Shown one piece after another: positions 1-10,167 of a DNA stretch of 40,704 bases (the stretch's first letter is position 1; each line of letters opens with the position of its first letter). The position numbers were made by a program, and so were the translations under genes. The stretch is from a virus: the UHGV virus genome UHGV-0244400. One strand, 5' to 3'. The notes under the pieces are model-generated. The model was given only the letters and a program-made list of their open reading frames with translations. It had not been told where the DNA came from and made no database searches.

Positions 1-1
1 T

Positions 2-460
2 CTCGGTTACTATGATCAGGACGACTACCACATTCAAAGAGGAATTCGTATTAATGGTGATAGTCTCACCCAATATTGTAGTGAAAAAGCCAGGAATGCT
101 TCAGCGTGGTTTGAAAGCAGTAAAGCTATCATGGCAGAATCATTTGCAACAGGTTCCGATCATCAGGTTGTAAACGAGCTCAACGGGGAAAGACTGAGAG
201 AGCCAAACGAAGTTTTTAAACGTTTAGGTCGAGCAATAAGATATAATTTTCAAGTAGACGATGCAAAATTTAGACGCGATAATGTAAAAGAAATAATTTC
301 TACTTTAGTCGATAACGAAGTTGACCGTTCTCAAAATAAATATGACCACTTTAAGGAAATCGAAGATAAAGTTGAAAAAAGGCTTCAAAATCGCCAGGCT
401 AAATATCAAAATGAAATTAATCAACTATCTGCATTGGGTGTTAATTTTGATGATAATTAA
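2..460 (+). CDS. 3' portion of a host gene whose start lies left of the window (hypothetical protein)
   Basis: Frame of ORF 131..460 stays open back to the window edge with no stop; followed by a hairpin terminator. Confidence 0.5.
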   Translation, partial: LGYYDQDDYHIQRGIRINGDSLTQYCSEKARNASAWFESSKAIMAESFATGSDHQVVNELNGERLREPNEVFKRLGRAIRYNFQVDDAKFRRDNVKEIISTLVDNEVDRSQNKYDHFKEIEDKVEKRLQNRQAKYQNEINQLSALGVNFDDN

Positions 461-603
461 AATTGTCCAGTTTTTTTGATTTTTCAACGCCTGAATATCG
501 GAAATAGTCAGTGACGAACATCAGTATTTTTACATAATTATGTTCAGGTCATTGTCGGTTTATCTTCTTTTACTTGGGGTAATTGAGGGATAACAACAAA
601 AAA

Positions 604-630
604 GGTGAGTTTTGTGACTCACCTTTTTTA
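604..630. terminator. Hairpin (ggtgagt..actcacc) flanked by an A-run and a T-run; bidirectional rho-independent terminator between convergent genes
   Basis: Inverted repeat followed by T-run on + strand and by T-run on - strand; sits between the stop codons of two convergent ORFs. Confidence 0.55.
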
Positions 631-638
631 TTTGTTTC

Positions 639-1394
639 TTATTCAGAATCGATATCTTTTAAATCATCCTGAATCGCTTGCGCGTTCGGATTTTCCTGCG
701 GTTTGAGTTCGCCGCCATTAGCGATGAAATCATGACGCTGGAAGTACGCTTCGCGCACCATAATATAAGGATCGGACGACTGACGCAGCAGACCATCGGA
801 ATCCAGCAGCTGTGCGCGGGTTTCGATCCCTTCAAGCGTCCATTTACCCACAGACATCGGCCAGGTCAGCCAGGAAAGAACCGGGTAAAGACCATCCGCC
901 ATATCACCACCGTCATCACGCAGCGTGAAGCTACCGTAGAACGGTAACTGAACGTATGGCCCATAACCCACACCATAATGACCAAGCGTACTACCGAAGC
1001 GGTGAGGTTCAGTCCGTTGCAGTTTCGGGTTCGCCATCCCTGCAACATCAATAAAGCCGCCCATCCCCAAAATGGTGTTCAGGAAAAAGCGGGTAAAGTG
1101 GACCATCCCCTGATAAGGGTCGCCCTGCAAGAAGTAGTTAACCATCACCGCAGGTTCTTCAAGGTTGCCAGTAAAGTTGCTCAAACCGTTACGCGCCGGT
1201 TGCGGAACATAATCACGCCAGGCGACAGCGACCGGTCGAACAATATACGGGTCTAATACATTGAAGTTGAAGTTGTACATGGTGCGGTTGAACCCTTCTA
1301 ACGGGTCAGAACGCCCTTGCTGATCTGTACCGGAACTCGCACACCCCACCAGAAGCGTAGTTCCCAGAGCAAGCGCCGACAGGCGAAGCTTCAT
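639..1394 (-). CDS. mlaA: Outer-membrane lipoprotein MlaA (VacJ), phospholipid-asymmetry maintenance
   Basis: 251 aa; N-terminal signal with lipobox LLVGC; sequence matches my recollection of E. coli MlaA; expected neighbour of yfdC/argW. Confidence 0.9.
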   Translation of the reverse strand: MKLRLSALALGTTLLVGCASSGTDQQGRSDPLEGFNRTMYNFNFNVLDPYIVRPVAVAWRDYVPQPARNGLSNFTGNLEEPAVMVNYFLQGDPYQGMVHFTRFFLNTILGMGGFIDVAGMANPKLQRTEPHRFGSTLGHYGVGYGPYVQLPFYGSFTLRDDGGDMADGLYPVLSWLTWPMSVGKWTLEGIETRAQLLDSDGLLRQSSDPYIMVREAYFQRHDFIANGGELKPQENPNAQAIQDDLKDIDSE

Positions 1395-1687
1395 AAATGT
1401 CTCCCTGTTTTTTTATGGCTTATGCAGTTTGCCATCCATGACGGAACGATACCGTATCCGCCTGTTTAGGTGTGGGCGATTGTAACAGCACGTCAACTGA
1501 TGTCCAGACGCCCTGATTTGCTGATTTGATCATAGCCTGGTAATCGCCGCCCTGTAGGCTACTTGATTCTATAGAAACAGAAAAAGGCAAACGCGGCCTT
1601 TTCTACATTTTCAGAGTAACTCCCGCCAGTTGCGAGCAAAAAAGCCGCTACGCTTTAGCTATACGTGCTAATTCAAGAGAAGAAACC

Positions 1688-2620
1688 ATGGACAACGACA
1701 AAATTGATCAACACAGCGACGAAATTGAAGTTGAGAGCGAAGAAAAAGAGCGCGGCAAAAAAATAGAAATAGATGAAGATCGACTCCCCTCCCGGGCGAT
1801 GGCAATTCATGAGCATATCCGCCAGGATGGTGAAAAAGAGCTGGAACGCGACGCAATGGCGCTACTGTGGTCAGCCATTGCGGCGGGTCTGTCGATGGGC
1901 GCTTCGCTACTGGCAAAAGGGATATTTCATGTCGAACTGGAAGGCGTGCCGGGCAGCTTCTTGCTGGAGAATCTCGGTTATACCTTTGGTTTTATTATCG
2001 TCATTATGGCCCGCCAGCAATTATTTACCGAAAACACCGTGACTGCGGTACTACCCGTCATGCAAAAACCGACAATGAGCAACGTTGGCTTACTTATGCG
2101 GTTATGGGGCGTCGTGCTGCTGGGTAATATTCTCGGGACAGGTATTGCGGCGTGGGCATTTGAATATATGCCAATCTTCAATGAAGAAACTCGCGATGCA
2201 TTTGTCAAAATCGGCATGGATGTGATGAAGAACACCCCCAGCGAGATGTTTGCCAACGCGATCATTTCCGGCTGGCTGATCGCCACTATGGTATGGATGT
2301 TTCCTGCAGCGGGTGAGGCAAAGATTGTGGTGATTATATTGATGACCTGGCTTATTGCCCTGGGTGACACCACTCACATCGTTGTCGGTTCTGTTGAAAT
2401 CCTCTATCTGGTGTTTAACGGTACGCTGCACTGGAGCGATTTCATCTGGCCCTTCGCACTACCTACTTTAGCGGGGAACATCTGCGGCGGCACCTTTATC
2501 TTCGCGTTAATGAGTCATGCACAGATCCGCAACGACATGAGCAACAAGCGCAAAGCAGAAGCACGCCAAAAAGCAGAACGTGCGGAAAACATTAAGAAAA
2601 ATGATAAAAACCCGGCATAA
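1688..2620 (+). CDS. yfdC: Inner-membrane protein YfdC (formate/nitrite transporter family)
   Basis: 310 aa polytopic membrane protein; matches E. coli YfdC in size and sequence character; conserved synteny mlaA-yfdC-argW. Confidence 0.85.
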   Translation: MDNDKIDQHSDEIEVESEEKERGKKIEIDEDRLPSRAMAIHEHIRQDGEKELERDAMALLWSAIAAGLSMGASLLAKGIFHVELEGVPGSFLLENLGYTFGFIIVIMARQQLFTENTVTAVLPVMQKPTMSNVGLLMRLWGVVLLGNILGTGIAAWAFEYMPIFNEETRDAFVKIGMDVMKNTPSEMFANAIISGWLIATMVWMFPAAGEAKIVVIILMTWLIALGDTTHIVVGSVEILYLVFNGTLHWSDFIWPFALPTLAGNICGGTFIFALMSHAQIRNDMSNKRKAEARQKAERAENIKKNDKNPA

Positions 2621-2695
2621 ATGGCGAGGGTTTAAGCAATCGAGCGGCAGCGTACTTACCCCGCAGTCCATTAGCGGGTATACTCATGCCGCATT

Positions 2696-2770
2696 GTCCT
2701 CTTAGTTAAATGGATATAACGAGCCCCTCCTAAGGGCTAATTGCAGGTTCGATTCCTGCAGGGGACACCA
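2696..2770 (+). tRNA. argW: tRNA-Arg (anticodon CCU), integration target of the prophage
   Basis: 75 nt cloverleaf ending ..GGGGACACCA; anticodon loop CUCCUAA; sequence matches E. coli argW as I recall it. Confidence 0.9.
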
Positions 2771-2931
2771 TTTATCAGTTCGCTCCCATCCGTACCAGTC
2801 CGCAAAATCCCCTGAATATCAAGCTTTCCGTAGATTTACAGTTCGTAATGGTTCGCGTCAGATCGTTGACAGCCGCACTCCATGACGGGTAAAAAGTGGA
2901 TAAAATAATTTTACCCACCGGATTTTTACCC

Positions 2932-4089
2932 ATGCTCACCGTTAAGCAGATTGAAGCAGCAAAGCCGAAAGAAAAACCATACCGCCTACTCGATGGTAAT
3001 GGCCTGTACCTTTATGTCCCTGTATCCGGAAAAAAGGTCTGGCAGCTTCGCTACAAGATTGACGGTAAGGAAAAAATACTGACCGTAGGAAAATATCCGC
3101 TTATGACTTTGCAGGAGGCAAGGGATAAAGCATGGACTGCGAGGAAAGACATCTCGGTTGGCATCGATCCGGTAAAGGCGAAAAAGGCCTCGTCTAACAA
3201 CAATTCCTTTAGTGCGATTTACAAGGAATGGTACGAACACAAGAAGCAAGTCTGGTCAGTAGGGTATGCGACTGAACTTGCAAAAATGTTTGATGACGAC
3301 ATTTTACCCATCATCGGCGGTCTTGAAATTCAGGATATTGAGCCGATGCAACTGCTGGAAGTAATCCGCAGATTTGAAGATCGCGGTGCAATGGAGCGAG
3401 CCAACAAGGCCCGCAGAAGATGCGGCGAGGTTTTCCGTTACGCTATTGTCACCGGAAGGGCTAAATATAACCCGGCACCTGACCTTGCTGACGCCATGAA
3501 GGGATACCGCAAGAAAAACTTCCCGTTTCTTCCTGCAGACCAGATCCCGGCATTTAACAAAGCACTGGCAACATTTTCAGGAAGTATCGTATCGCTCATT
3601 GCGACCAAAGTTTTACGCTACACAGCCCTAAGAACGAAAGAGCTTCGTTCCATGCTATGGAAGAACGTCGATTTTGAAAACAGGATTATCACCATCGACG
3701 CCAGTGTGATGAAGGGTCGCAAAATTCATGTGGTCCCTATGTCAGACCAGGTGGTTGAACTTCTCACTACGCTAAGCTCTATCACCAAACCAGTATCAGA
3801 GTTTGTTTTTGCCGGGCGCAACGATAAGAAGAAGCCAATCTGCGAGAACGCGGTATTGCTTGTGATCAAACAAATCGGCTATGAAGGTCTGGAAAGCGGT
3901 CACGGATTCAGGCATGAATTCAGCACGATTATGAACGAGCACGAATGGCCTGCTGATGCTATTGAAGTGCAACTGGCACATGCCAACGGCGGATCTGTGC
4001 GCGGGATTTACAACCATGCTCAGTATCTCGATAAGCGCAGAGAAATGATGCAGTGGTGGGCGGATTGGCTTGATGAAAAGGTGGAGTGA
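2932..4089 (+). CDS. intS: P4-type tyrosine integrase (IntS-like)
   Basis: 385 aa from the first ATG (track ORF begins at an upstream GTG); N-terminus MLTVKQIEAAKP and C-terminal catalytic region typical of P4-family integrases; adjacent to tRNA. Confidence 0.9.
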   Translation: MLTVKQIEAAKPKEKPYRLLDGNGLYLYVPVSGKKVWQLRYKIDGKEKILTVGKYPLMTLQEARDKAWTARKDISVGIDPVKAKKASSNNNSFSAIYKEWYEHKKQVWSVGYATELAKMFDDDILPIIGGLEIQDIEPMQLLEVIRRFEDRGAMERANKARRRCGEVFRYAIVTGRAKYNPAPDLADAMKGYRKKNFPFLPADQIPAFNKALATFSGSIVSLIATKVLRYTALRTKELRSMLWKNVDFENRIITIDASVMKGRKIHVVPMSDQVVELLTTLSSITKPVSEFVFAGRNDKKKPICENAVLLVIKQIGYEGLESGHGFRHEFSTIMNEHEWPADAIEVQLAHANGGSVRGIYNHAQYLDKRREMMQWWADWLDEKVE

Positions 4090-4251
4090 TCAGCTTTAAC
4101 CACCTTCGAATAGCGCAAAGCTTTGCAATCCAGTGCAAAGCCTTATGTGTCTCATGATGTATCGCTCAATGTGTTTTGTGGTGATATACTTAGAATCTTT
4201 CCTAGCACACTGATTTTCATAGTGACAACTTTAAAGATCATAACTACACAC

Positions 4252-5367
4252 ATGACCAGACAACTTAATGGGATACAGGTTTTGCGTGGTATCGCAGCCT
4301 TAATAGTCGTTTTAGGACATAACAGATCTCTGTATGGGCACATAGATAGTGGTTCTTTTATAGACTATTTGACAATGCAGGCAACGTTTGGTGTTGAGGT
4401 ATTTTTCATAATAAGTGGATTCATAATCACTTATTCCACAAGAAATGCTTCAGGAGATTCACTCTCTAGATTTTATTCATTTCTGACTAAGCGCATATTT
4501 AGAATATATCCAATATATTTTATTGTATTAAGCGTATATATCTCTTTGTTTTGTTATAATTTTAAAGAAGGACATTTCGCTCTTTATGAATTTACCTTAA
4601 GTAACATCATCAAATCTTTCTTACTTATACCGCTTAATCCAAATATAAGCCCTCCATTTTATGGATGGGGGACTCTCATTGTGTCATGGACTCTTGGATA
4701 TGAGATGTATTTCTATATGGTTTTTTCATTTTCCTTATTAATTTCCAAGAAATACAGAAGCTATATATCAATGGCAATATTGATGGCTGTATATTTGTGC
4801 CTATCGGTTTCCTTTGGTAATCCAATAGACTTTAATGCCAATACATTTCATGTTCCTTTCTATGGGTATCATAGTTATCTAGGATTCATTGGAAATCCAA
4901 TAATATTTGACTTTGTACTAGGGATGATAATTGCCGAATGTTATTTGCGATTTCATGATAAACTGTTCGAAAATAAAACAATTGGATATCTATCTATTCC
5001 AGTTATAACTCTATGCTTTATGATGTGGCTTACAGGATTTAAATCAGGCCAAGGTATAACCAATACTGGATTTATTGCTTGCTTGATAGTCTTTTGCGCA
5101 ATATGCATAGAAACATCTACCAAGATTGAGTTTCCAAAGTTCATGGTATTGATGGGTACGTGTTCATACTCTCTTTACCTTATTCATGTTCCGATTAAAA
5201 AAATAATAGAGATATATGGAAAGGATATTCCATTCATTCCGCAAGAACCATCAGTAATGATGTATTTAATGTCCATCTCAGTATCAATAAGCCTGTCTAT
5301 ACCAATGTACTATCTGGTAGAGAAAAAATTTATAGATATAGGACATAATATTTCCAAAAAAATATAA
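4252..5367 (+). CDS. Acyltransferase family 3 integral membrane protein; putative O-antigen (LPS) O-acetyltransferase, serotype-conversion cargo
   Basis: Multi-pass hydrophobic protein with the N-terminal LNGIQVLRGIAALIVVLGHN motif typical of acyltransferase-3 (Oac/OafA-like); strongly AT-rich; located between int and tail-fibre genes; start chosen at first ATG (track ORF starts at TTG 4123). Confidence 0.75.
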   Translation: MTRQLNGIQVLRGIAALIVVLGHNRSLYGHIDSGSFIDYLTMQATFGVEVFFIISGFIITYSTRNASGDSLSRFYSFLTKRIFRIYPIYFIVLSVYISLFCYNFKEGHFALYEFTLSNIIKSFLLIPLNPNISPPFYGWGTLIVSWTLGYEMYFYMVFSFSLLISKKYRSYISMAILMAVYLCLSVSFGNPIDFNANTFHVPFYGYHSYLGFIGNPIIFDFVLGMIIAECYLRFHDKLFENKTIGYLSIPVITLCFMMWLTGFKSGQGITNTGFIACLIVFCAICIETSTKIEFPKFMVLMGTCSYSLYLIHVPIKKIIEIYGKDIPFIPQEPSVMMYLMSISVSISLSIPMYYLVEKKFIDIGHNISKKI

Positions 5368-5415
5368 TGATAGTGCCGCCAAAAAAAGGCGGCATTAGAA
5401 TAAAAAGACTAATTA

Positions 5416-5847
5416 TTATTTACTTGGAGGTTCAGGCCAAGTAACATATGATACAGTAGATGTATCAATTTTCTCAAGCTCATCAAGATAATCAAGCCAC
5501 AAATTGTATTGCGCTAATTCATCCCCTTTCAGCCGACCAATAGCTGCTTTCCCTGGCCATTGTTTACTGTTCATGAAGTTGTTTGCTTCAGCGATGCGTG
5601 ATGCCTTTTCATTTTCAGCAACTGCAATCTGCTGTTCATGGGTGAGTGGTGGCGTTGAAATCCAGACAGGGTGGCCATTTTTATCACTGCCTCTTATGTT
5701 ACCTGGTTGGGGTATTCCGGTATATGTTGCAAATACATCCTCATCAACAACAACTCCGTCAACAGGCCAATCACCTGTAGCCTCATATGAACTTTTCAGA
5801 GACATTGGATAGAAAGCATTACTGGTGGCGCTATAAACATATTTCAT
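5416..5847 (-). CDS. Tail fibre assembly protein (Tfa-like chaperone)
   Basis: 143 aa; position immediately after the tail fibre gene; conserved C-terminal Tfa-like sequence character. Confidence 0.75.
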   Translation of the reverse strand: MKYVYSATSNAFYPMSLKSSYEATGDWPVDGVVVDEDVFATYTGIPQPGNIRGSDKNGHPVWISTPPLTHEQQIAVAENEKASRIAEANNFMNSKQWPGKAAIGRLKGDELAQYNLWLDYLDELEKIDTSTVSYVTWPEPPSK

Positions 5848-5849
5848 TT

Positions 5850-6491
5850 TTAAATCCCTATTGCTATCCAGGAAATATTTGTCGCTGTTCTGTTAAATAC
5901 AGAGCCCGCACTCACTAACCACGCTGAAAGAAAAAAACCTGACTTATCGATGACCTGGCAACCTACAATATTTGCTGCACTGGCATCTGTTCCACCCCCT
6001 GTGACTCCGTAACATTGAGTCGGGAAAGGAATAGGGAAATTAATAATGATTGAACTACTGTTACTGGATGTATGATAGCCATACTGAATAATTTTACCAG
6101 ATGGAAATTTCATCCAACCCGGACCAGAAGCAAACGAAGCCATGTCTGGTATTTGGTTTGTCTTTGTCCCCACATTCCTTTTTGCCGCTTCTCCCAAACC
6201 AAGGTTTTTGAGAGCCGTTTTCACGGTGCCATCCGATTTGATATCGCCAAACGGATTCTTGCGGCTTAACAGCAGCGCACGAAGCGCGGTAAGCAGCTGG
6301 TCGTGCCGCGCCTTCTCAAGACTGGCACCGGATGCCTCAACAACGCTACAAAGTTCTTCCTGCAACATGTCAAAGTAGTCATCATCCAGATCGGTGGCAG
6401 GCGTGCCAGTCTGGGGGTTACCACGGGTAAAACCGTTCTTACCCGCGCCGAACTTATCCTTCTGCGCGGTTTTCGTGTCTATACGATGCAT
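5850..6491 (-). CDS. Tail fibre protein (short, Mu S-like position)
   Basis: 213 aa; last gene of baseplate cluster before tfa; Gly/Ser/Thr-rich C-terminal region. Confidence 0.7.
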   Translation of the reverse strand: MHRIDTKTAQKDKFGAGKNGFTRGNPQTGTPATDLDDDYFDMLQEELCSVVEASGASLEKARHDQLLTALRALLLSRKNPFGDIKSDGTVKTALKNLGLGEAAKRNVGTKTNQIPDMASFASGPGWMKFPSGKIIQYGYHTSSNSSSIIINFPIPFPTQCYGVTGGGTDASAANIVGCQVIDKSGFFLSAWLVSAGSVFNRTATNISWIAIGI

Positions 6492-6494
6492 GGA

Positions 6495-7079
6495 TTACTC
6501 CGGATATTTAAAAATTACGTAGGTATGCGACGGGCAGAGTTTGTTAAGCACACACTCGACAACGGTGTCACCCCAGATACGCAGTGCGGAATCACAGGGA
6601 TCGACACATGTCATCCAGGTGGTGTTGGTGGTGGTTGGCATGTTGACCTGCCAGTAATACCGCCATTCCGGCGCATTCACCGCGTCAGTACAGGCCGATG
6701 AGCAGGTGAACGTGCTTTTGTCGTATCGCGTGATGGTGGCATCTGGTCTGCCCAGGGCAGCAAGCTGTGCAAGATAAAAATCCTCGTTGATGCCGCCCGC
6801 CAGGTTAATCTTCGCATCCAGCCGTTGCTGACGCTGGCGAAGGGTCTGCGTTCCCGCCGGAATACATTCATCCGGCAGACCGCACAGACGCTCCCAGCGG
6901 TTTATCAGTTCAGTGGTGGTGCGCGGATCCAGCTCCCGCATCAGGGCATCCGCACGCTGATGAACACGGGTTAATGACGGTGCCGCACCGGCAATCGCCG
7001 GATCGCTGGCTGACCACGCCGGACCGGGCGGCAACAGTGCCGATAACAGGCGGATGTAATCATCGTTTGTCACGTCCAT
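6495..7079 (-). CDS. Baseplate/tail protein (Mu gp48-like, DUF2313-type)
   Basis: 194 aa; position between baseplate J-like gene and tail fibre as in Mu-like tails. Confidence 0.65.
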   Translation of the reverse strand: MDVTNDDYIRLLSALLPPGPAWSASDPAIAGAAPSLTRVHQRADALMRELDPRTTTELINRWERLCGLPDECIPAGTQTLRQRQQRLDAKINLAGGINEDFYLAQLAALGRPDATITRYDKSTFTCSSACTDAVNAPEWRYYWQVNMPTTTNTTWMTCVDPCDSALRIWGDTVVECVLNKLCPSHTYVIFKYPE

Positions 7080-8128
7080 GAAATCGTCCCCAGTACCGCC
7101 AGTTCGTTTTTCGCAATGGAGATATTGTCCACCGGTGCAAGCAACTGATGGCTGTATTCCCCGTTCGCACCGGAAATCGCCTCACTGATACGCGATACCT
7201 TCAGTTCTCCCTGCGGATAACCATCACGCAGCAGGAACGAACGCAACTCCGCGGTAATGGCAGCCCGTATTTCCGGTGTGTCCGGCGTCACGCGGATATG
7301 AAAATCCACCGTATGTGCCACCGGCCTGAACACATACAAATCAGAGCCTGCCACCGGGGCCAGTGGCTCGATATGCAGCCTTGCCGCCGTTTCCGTTGAT
7401 TCTTCCGGAATGGGATTAATCAGGTCGCTGCTGGCAATCATCACACCGACAGTCCCCGTTCCCATCCAGTGACGGTATGTCCATGCGCGGGTAATGCCGG
7501 GCACTTCTTTAGCCCAGACGACATAGTCCCCGTCAGCCCCGCCCTGAGGTGTCCAGTAATACCGCTCAATGACGCGGGCGCGCCACGTTTCCAGCTCTTC
7601 AGTATCAAATCCACCTGTCAGGGTATCTGCCACGCCGGAAGACGGCAGACCATTCACCGGCGTGACCAGGATTAATGCCGTACCGTCGTCAGCGTTACCG
7701 ACCGCGCCTGCACTTGAGCAGGCGATCGGCACGCGCAGGACACCACCGGAGCTGGTTGCATCGGCAGTTGCCGTGTACTGAACCAGGTCATCGCGCTGAA
7801 TAACACTCCCGGCAGTCACCTTCAGGCCATCGCTGACACCTTCCCAGCGCATATACCCGCTGGCAGCCGTGGCCCCCTTGCGCGGACACCGTTTCATCGC
7901 AGCATGTCGCGCCAGCCAGGACTCATCGCACAGGTCAGGCAGCATATTCATTGCCAGATAATCGATGTACCCGTAAACCGTATGCAGCGCCGCCGCATAC
8001 ACCTTTGCCCGCACGTCTTCATCCATGCGCCGGAGCGTGTCGCTGACGTCCAGCCTGGCGAATAAATCGTTACGGAGCATACTGATATTTTCTGCCAGCG
8101 TCGGGCGCTGAAATTCACTGTCCGCCAT
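7070..8128 (-). CDS. Baseplate J-like protein (Mu gp47-like)
   Basis: 352 aa; size and position in baseplate cluster; overlapping start/stop with neighbours. Confidence 0.8.
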   Translation of the reverse strand: MADSEFQRPTLAENISMLRNDLFARLDVSDTLRRMDEDVRAKVYAAALHTVYGYIDYLAMNMLPDLCDESWLARHAAMKRCPRKGATAASGYMRWEGVSDGLKVTAGSVIQRDDLVQYTATADATSSGGVLRVPIACSSAGAVGNADDGTALILVTPVNGLPSSGVADTLTGGFDTEELETWRARVIERYYWTPQGGADGDYVVWAKEVPGITRAWTYRHWMGTGTVGVMIASSDLINPIPEESTETAARLHIEPLAPVAGSDLYVFRPVAHTVDFHIRVTPDTPEIRAAITAELRSFLLRDGYPQGELKVSRISEAISGANGEYSHQLLAPVDNISIAKNELAVLGTISWT

Positions 8129-8543
8129 GCGTTATCGCACTCCACAGATCATCAAAAGAAATCATTACCGGTCCGTCACGACGCCAGAGGGTGATACTGT
8201 TACCCAGTTCATTAATCCCGGTGCGGCGGATATCCAGATCAATACGGGACACCACGCCGTCATCAATCATCCATTGCAGGCATTCACGGATATACCCCCT
8301 TACCGTCTGCACCAGCTGATTGGTCAGTTTGCTGCGCTGAAGCAGCCACAGTCGGGAGCCGTAACGGTCATTCTGTACCGCAGGCCAGGTATCCCCCCAC
8401 CATCCCATCGGGACGTCGGCGTTGTCATCAGGCTCCGCCCGCCGCCAGGTAAACAGGGAAATCACCACGGCGCGGGTCAGCGGATCCAGCGGTGCGCTGG
8501 CGCAGGTGCGTTTACCGTTCACCGTCAGCCACAGTTCCATCAT
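8115..8543 (-). CDS. Baseplate wedge protein (Mu gp46 / gp25-like)
   Basis: 142 aa; position between baseplate spike and J-like genes. Confidence 0.7.
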   Translation of the reverse strand: MMELWLTVNGKRTCASAPLDPLTRAVVISLFTWRRAEPDDNADVPMGWWGDTWPAVQNDRYGSRLWLLQRSKLTNQLVQTVRGYIRECLQWMIDDGVVSRIDLDIRRTGINELGNSITLWRRDGPVMISFDDLWSAITHGGQ

Positions 8544-9088
8544 GCCTCCATCGCTTTATCAGGTTTGTCGGTGTTACTGCCCTGACCGTTCTCTCTGTGA
8601 CAATGCCCGTTATAGGCAAGCCGCATCGCTGACATGGTGGTGCCGCCGGAGTCGCACAGGTCTTTCACCTGTCCGGTCACTTCAAGGTCCATTTCAAAAC
8701 GTGCTTCAGGTGCATTGCGAAACGTGATCGTTTTACCTGCACCGTCCACTACGATCCCCTCCCGGGTCAGCGTCACGGACTGCCCCTGATCGTCATAGAC
8801 AGCCACCTCACCCGTCTGCAGCCCTTTCAGGCGGTAGCGCCGGTCCGACACCGTAACAACCACCGCATGAGAACGGTCGCCATCCGGAAACAACACCACC
8901 GCTTCCGCACCGCTGTTTGCCCTTGCGGTAAAACCGTAGGGTTCAAGATGTTCAACCCCGGCTTTGGGTTCACCGGCAATCAGGGACACATCCACGGTCT
9001 GACATTTCGTGGCGGCACTGATGCTTTTCACCACGGCCCGCCCAATCAGGCCGAGGAGTTGTCGCTGCATGGCTTCAATCGTCCTCAT
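8540..9088 (-). CDS. Baseplate assembly protein V / central spike (Mu gp45-like)
   Basis: 182 aa; position and size in Mu-like baseplate cluster. Confidence 0.7.
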   Translation of the reverse strand: MRTIEAMQRQLLGLIGRAVVKSISAATKCQTVDVSLIAGEPKAGVEHLEPYGFTARANSGAEAVVLFPDGDRSHAVVVTVSDRRYRLKGLQTGEVAVYDDQGQSVTLTREGIVVDGAGKTITFRNAPEARFEMDLEVTGQVKDLCDSGGTTMSAMRLAYNGHCHRENGQGSNTDKPDKAMEA

Positions 9089-10167
9089 CAGAACGGGTCC
9101 TCCTGTACTCTGGCTTTTTTCTTTTTCCGCGCGCCGGGGGCTTCTGGTTCAGGCAGATAAGCATCAGGTGGGCCGACACGGATTTCCGTCAGGGTGCCGT
9201 TCTGGTCCTGAGTAAACGTGACTTCCGAGACAAGCAGTTCGGTATTGTCGAAACCACAGACCGGATCGAAGACAATCACCCGCTGGTTGGGCTGCCACAG
9301 CGTACCGTTACCCTGTCGCCAGCCCTGCACCACATAGGTGGTTTCATCCGTCCGCGCCGCCCGTTGTCGGGCTTCAAAGTCAGCACGCGCAATACAGCCT
9401 GCCCCCGTGGCCTGCCCTGTCTGCCTGATATACATCGGACGGTAACGGGCAATAAATGCGTCCTCTGTGCGGGCCCGCAGCGCGGTGGTGGTGGCCTCAC
9501 CGAAATCATCGTCGTTTCCGGCACGCTGCCCCGCCACCTGGTAAACTGAAAACCGCTCCCGGATACTCTTCTCCGTATCACAGGAAAGGATGTTTTCCCC
9601 AAGTACCAGCGCGGTATGTGCCCGCGTTGAGCCAATACCGCCAATCACCAGCCTGCCGTGCGGGTCGTCATAAGCCAGCGCCTGCTGCTGACCGAGTATT
9701 TTGTTGATCACCTCGATCACCGTTTCACCGTGATCAGGCTGGACATCAGGAATAACACCCGACGGCGCATCGCTGTTCACCACCTCAATGCCGAAAGGCG
9801 CAGCAAGCGCCTGCGCAATCTGTACCAGCGATCGTCCGTTAAACTGTGTCGGTTCGGCTGCACAGTCAATCAGGTCAGCAGTCAGACTACGTCCGGCAAT
9901 ACCGGTGCTGACCGAACGGGCATCGTAACGAACGGGGGTCGCCTCCACCCAGCCGGTGATCACCAGCTCATCACCAATCAGCACTTCCACTTTTGAACCA
10001 TTTTTAATGCGCGGCTGAAGCGTGGTGATACCCTCATCTCCCGGCCACTGGCGGGTGATCTCCACGCTGAAATCCCGCGCCAGCCGTTCAATACCGGCAC
10101 CGATGCGCACCGATGTCCAGCCATTCCACTCCCGGCCATTTACCCGTAGCGTGACGTTATCGTTCAT
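9088..10167 (-). CDS. Tail protein, P2 gpD / Mu gp44-like (baseplate hub)
   Basis: 359 aa; position after DNA-circularisation gene; translationally coupled (start overlaps upstream stop). Confidence 0.75.
   Translation of the reverse strand: MNDNVTLRVNGREWNGWTSVRIGAGIERLARDFSVEITRQWPGDEGITTLQPRIKNGSKVEVLIGDELVITGWVEATPVRYDARSVSTGIAGRSLTADLIDCAAEPTQFNGRSLVQIAQALAAPFGIEVVNSDAPSGVIPDVQPDHGETVIEVINKILGQQQALAYDDPHGRLVIGGIGSTRAHTALVLGENILSCDTEKSIRERFSVYQVAGQRAGNDDDFGEATTTALRARTEDAFIARYRPMYIRQTGQATGAGCIARADFEARQRAARTDETTYVVQGWRQGNGTLWQPNQRVIVFDPVCGFDNTELLVSEVTFTQDQNGTLTEIRVGPPDAYLPEPEAPGARKKKKARVQEDPF

Noticed and set aside
678-1256. Several + and - strand ORFs (678..947, 866..1051, 978..1256) inside mlaA
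   Set aside because: Nested within a well-supported conserved gene on the opposite strand or in alternate frames; typical shadow ORFs of GC-rich coding DNA. The same applies to the many nested ORFs inside the phage structural genes, e.g. 12681..13004 in the tape measure gene.
2896-4251. Longer N-terminal extensions given by the ORF track for intS (GTG 2896), the acyltransferase (TTG 4123), cII (32928), cIII (36647) and kil (36714)
   Set aside because: The extensions begin at GTG/TTG or at ATGs without SD sequences and add residues absent from the reference proteins; internal ATGs with proper leaders (e.g. the lambda cII leader TAAGGAAATACTTACAT) were preferred.
5368-5415. Hairpin tgccgcc-AAAAAAA-ggcggca between the acyltransferase and the tail fibre assembly gene, considered as a bidirectional terminator
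   Set aside because: The A/T run is in the loop rather than 3' of the stem on either strand, so it does not fit a canonical intrinsic terminator; left unannotated.
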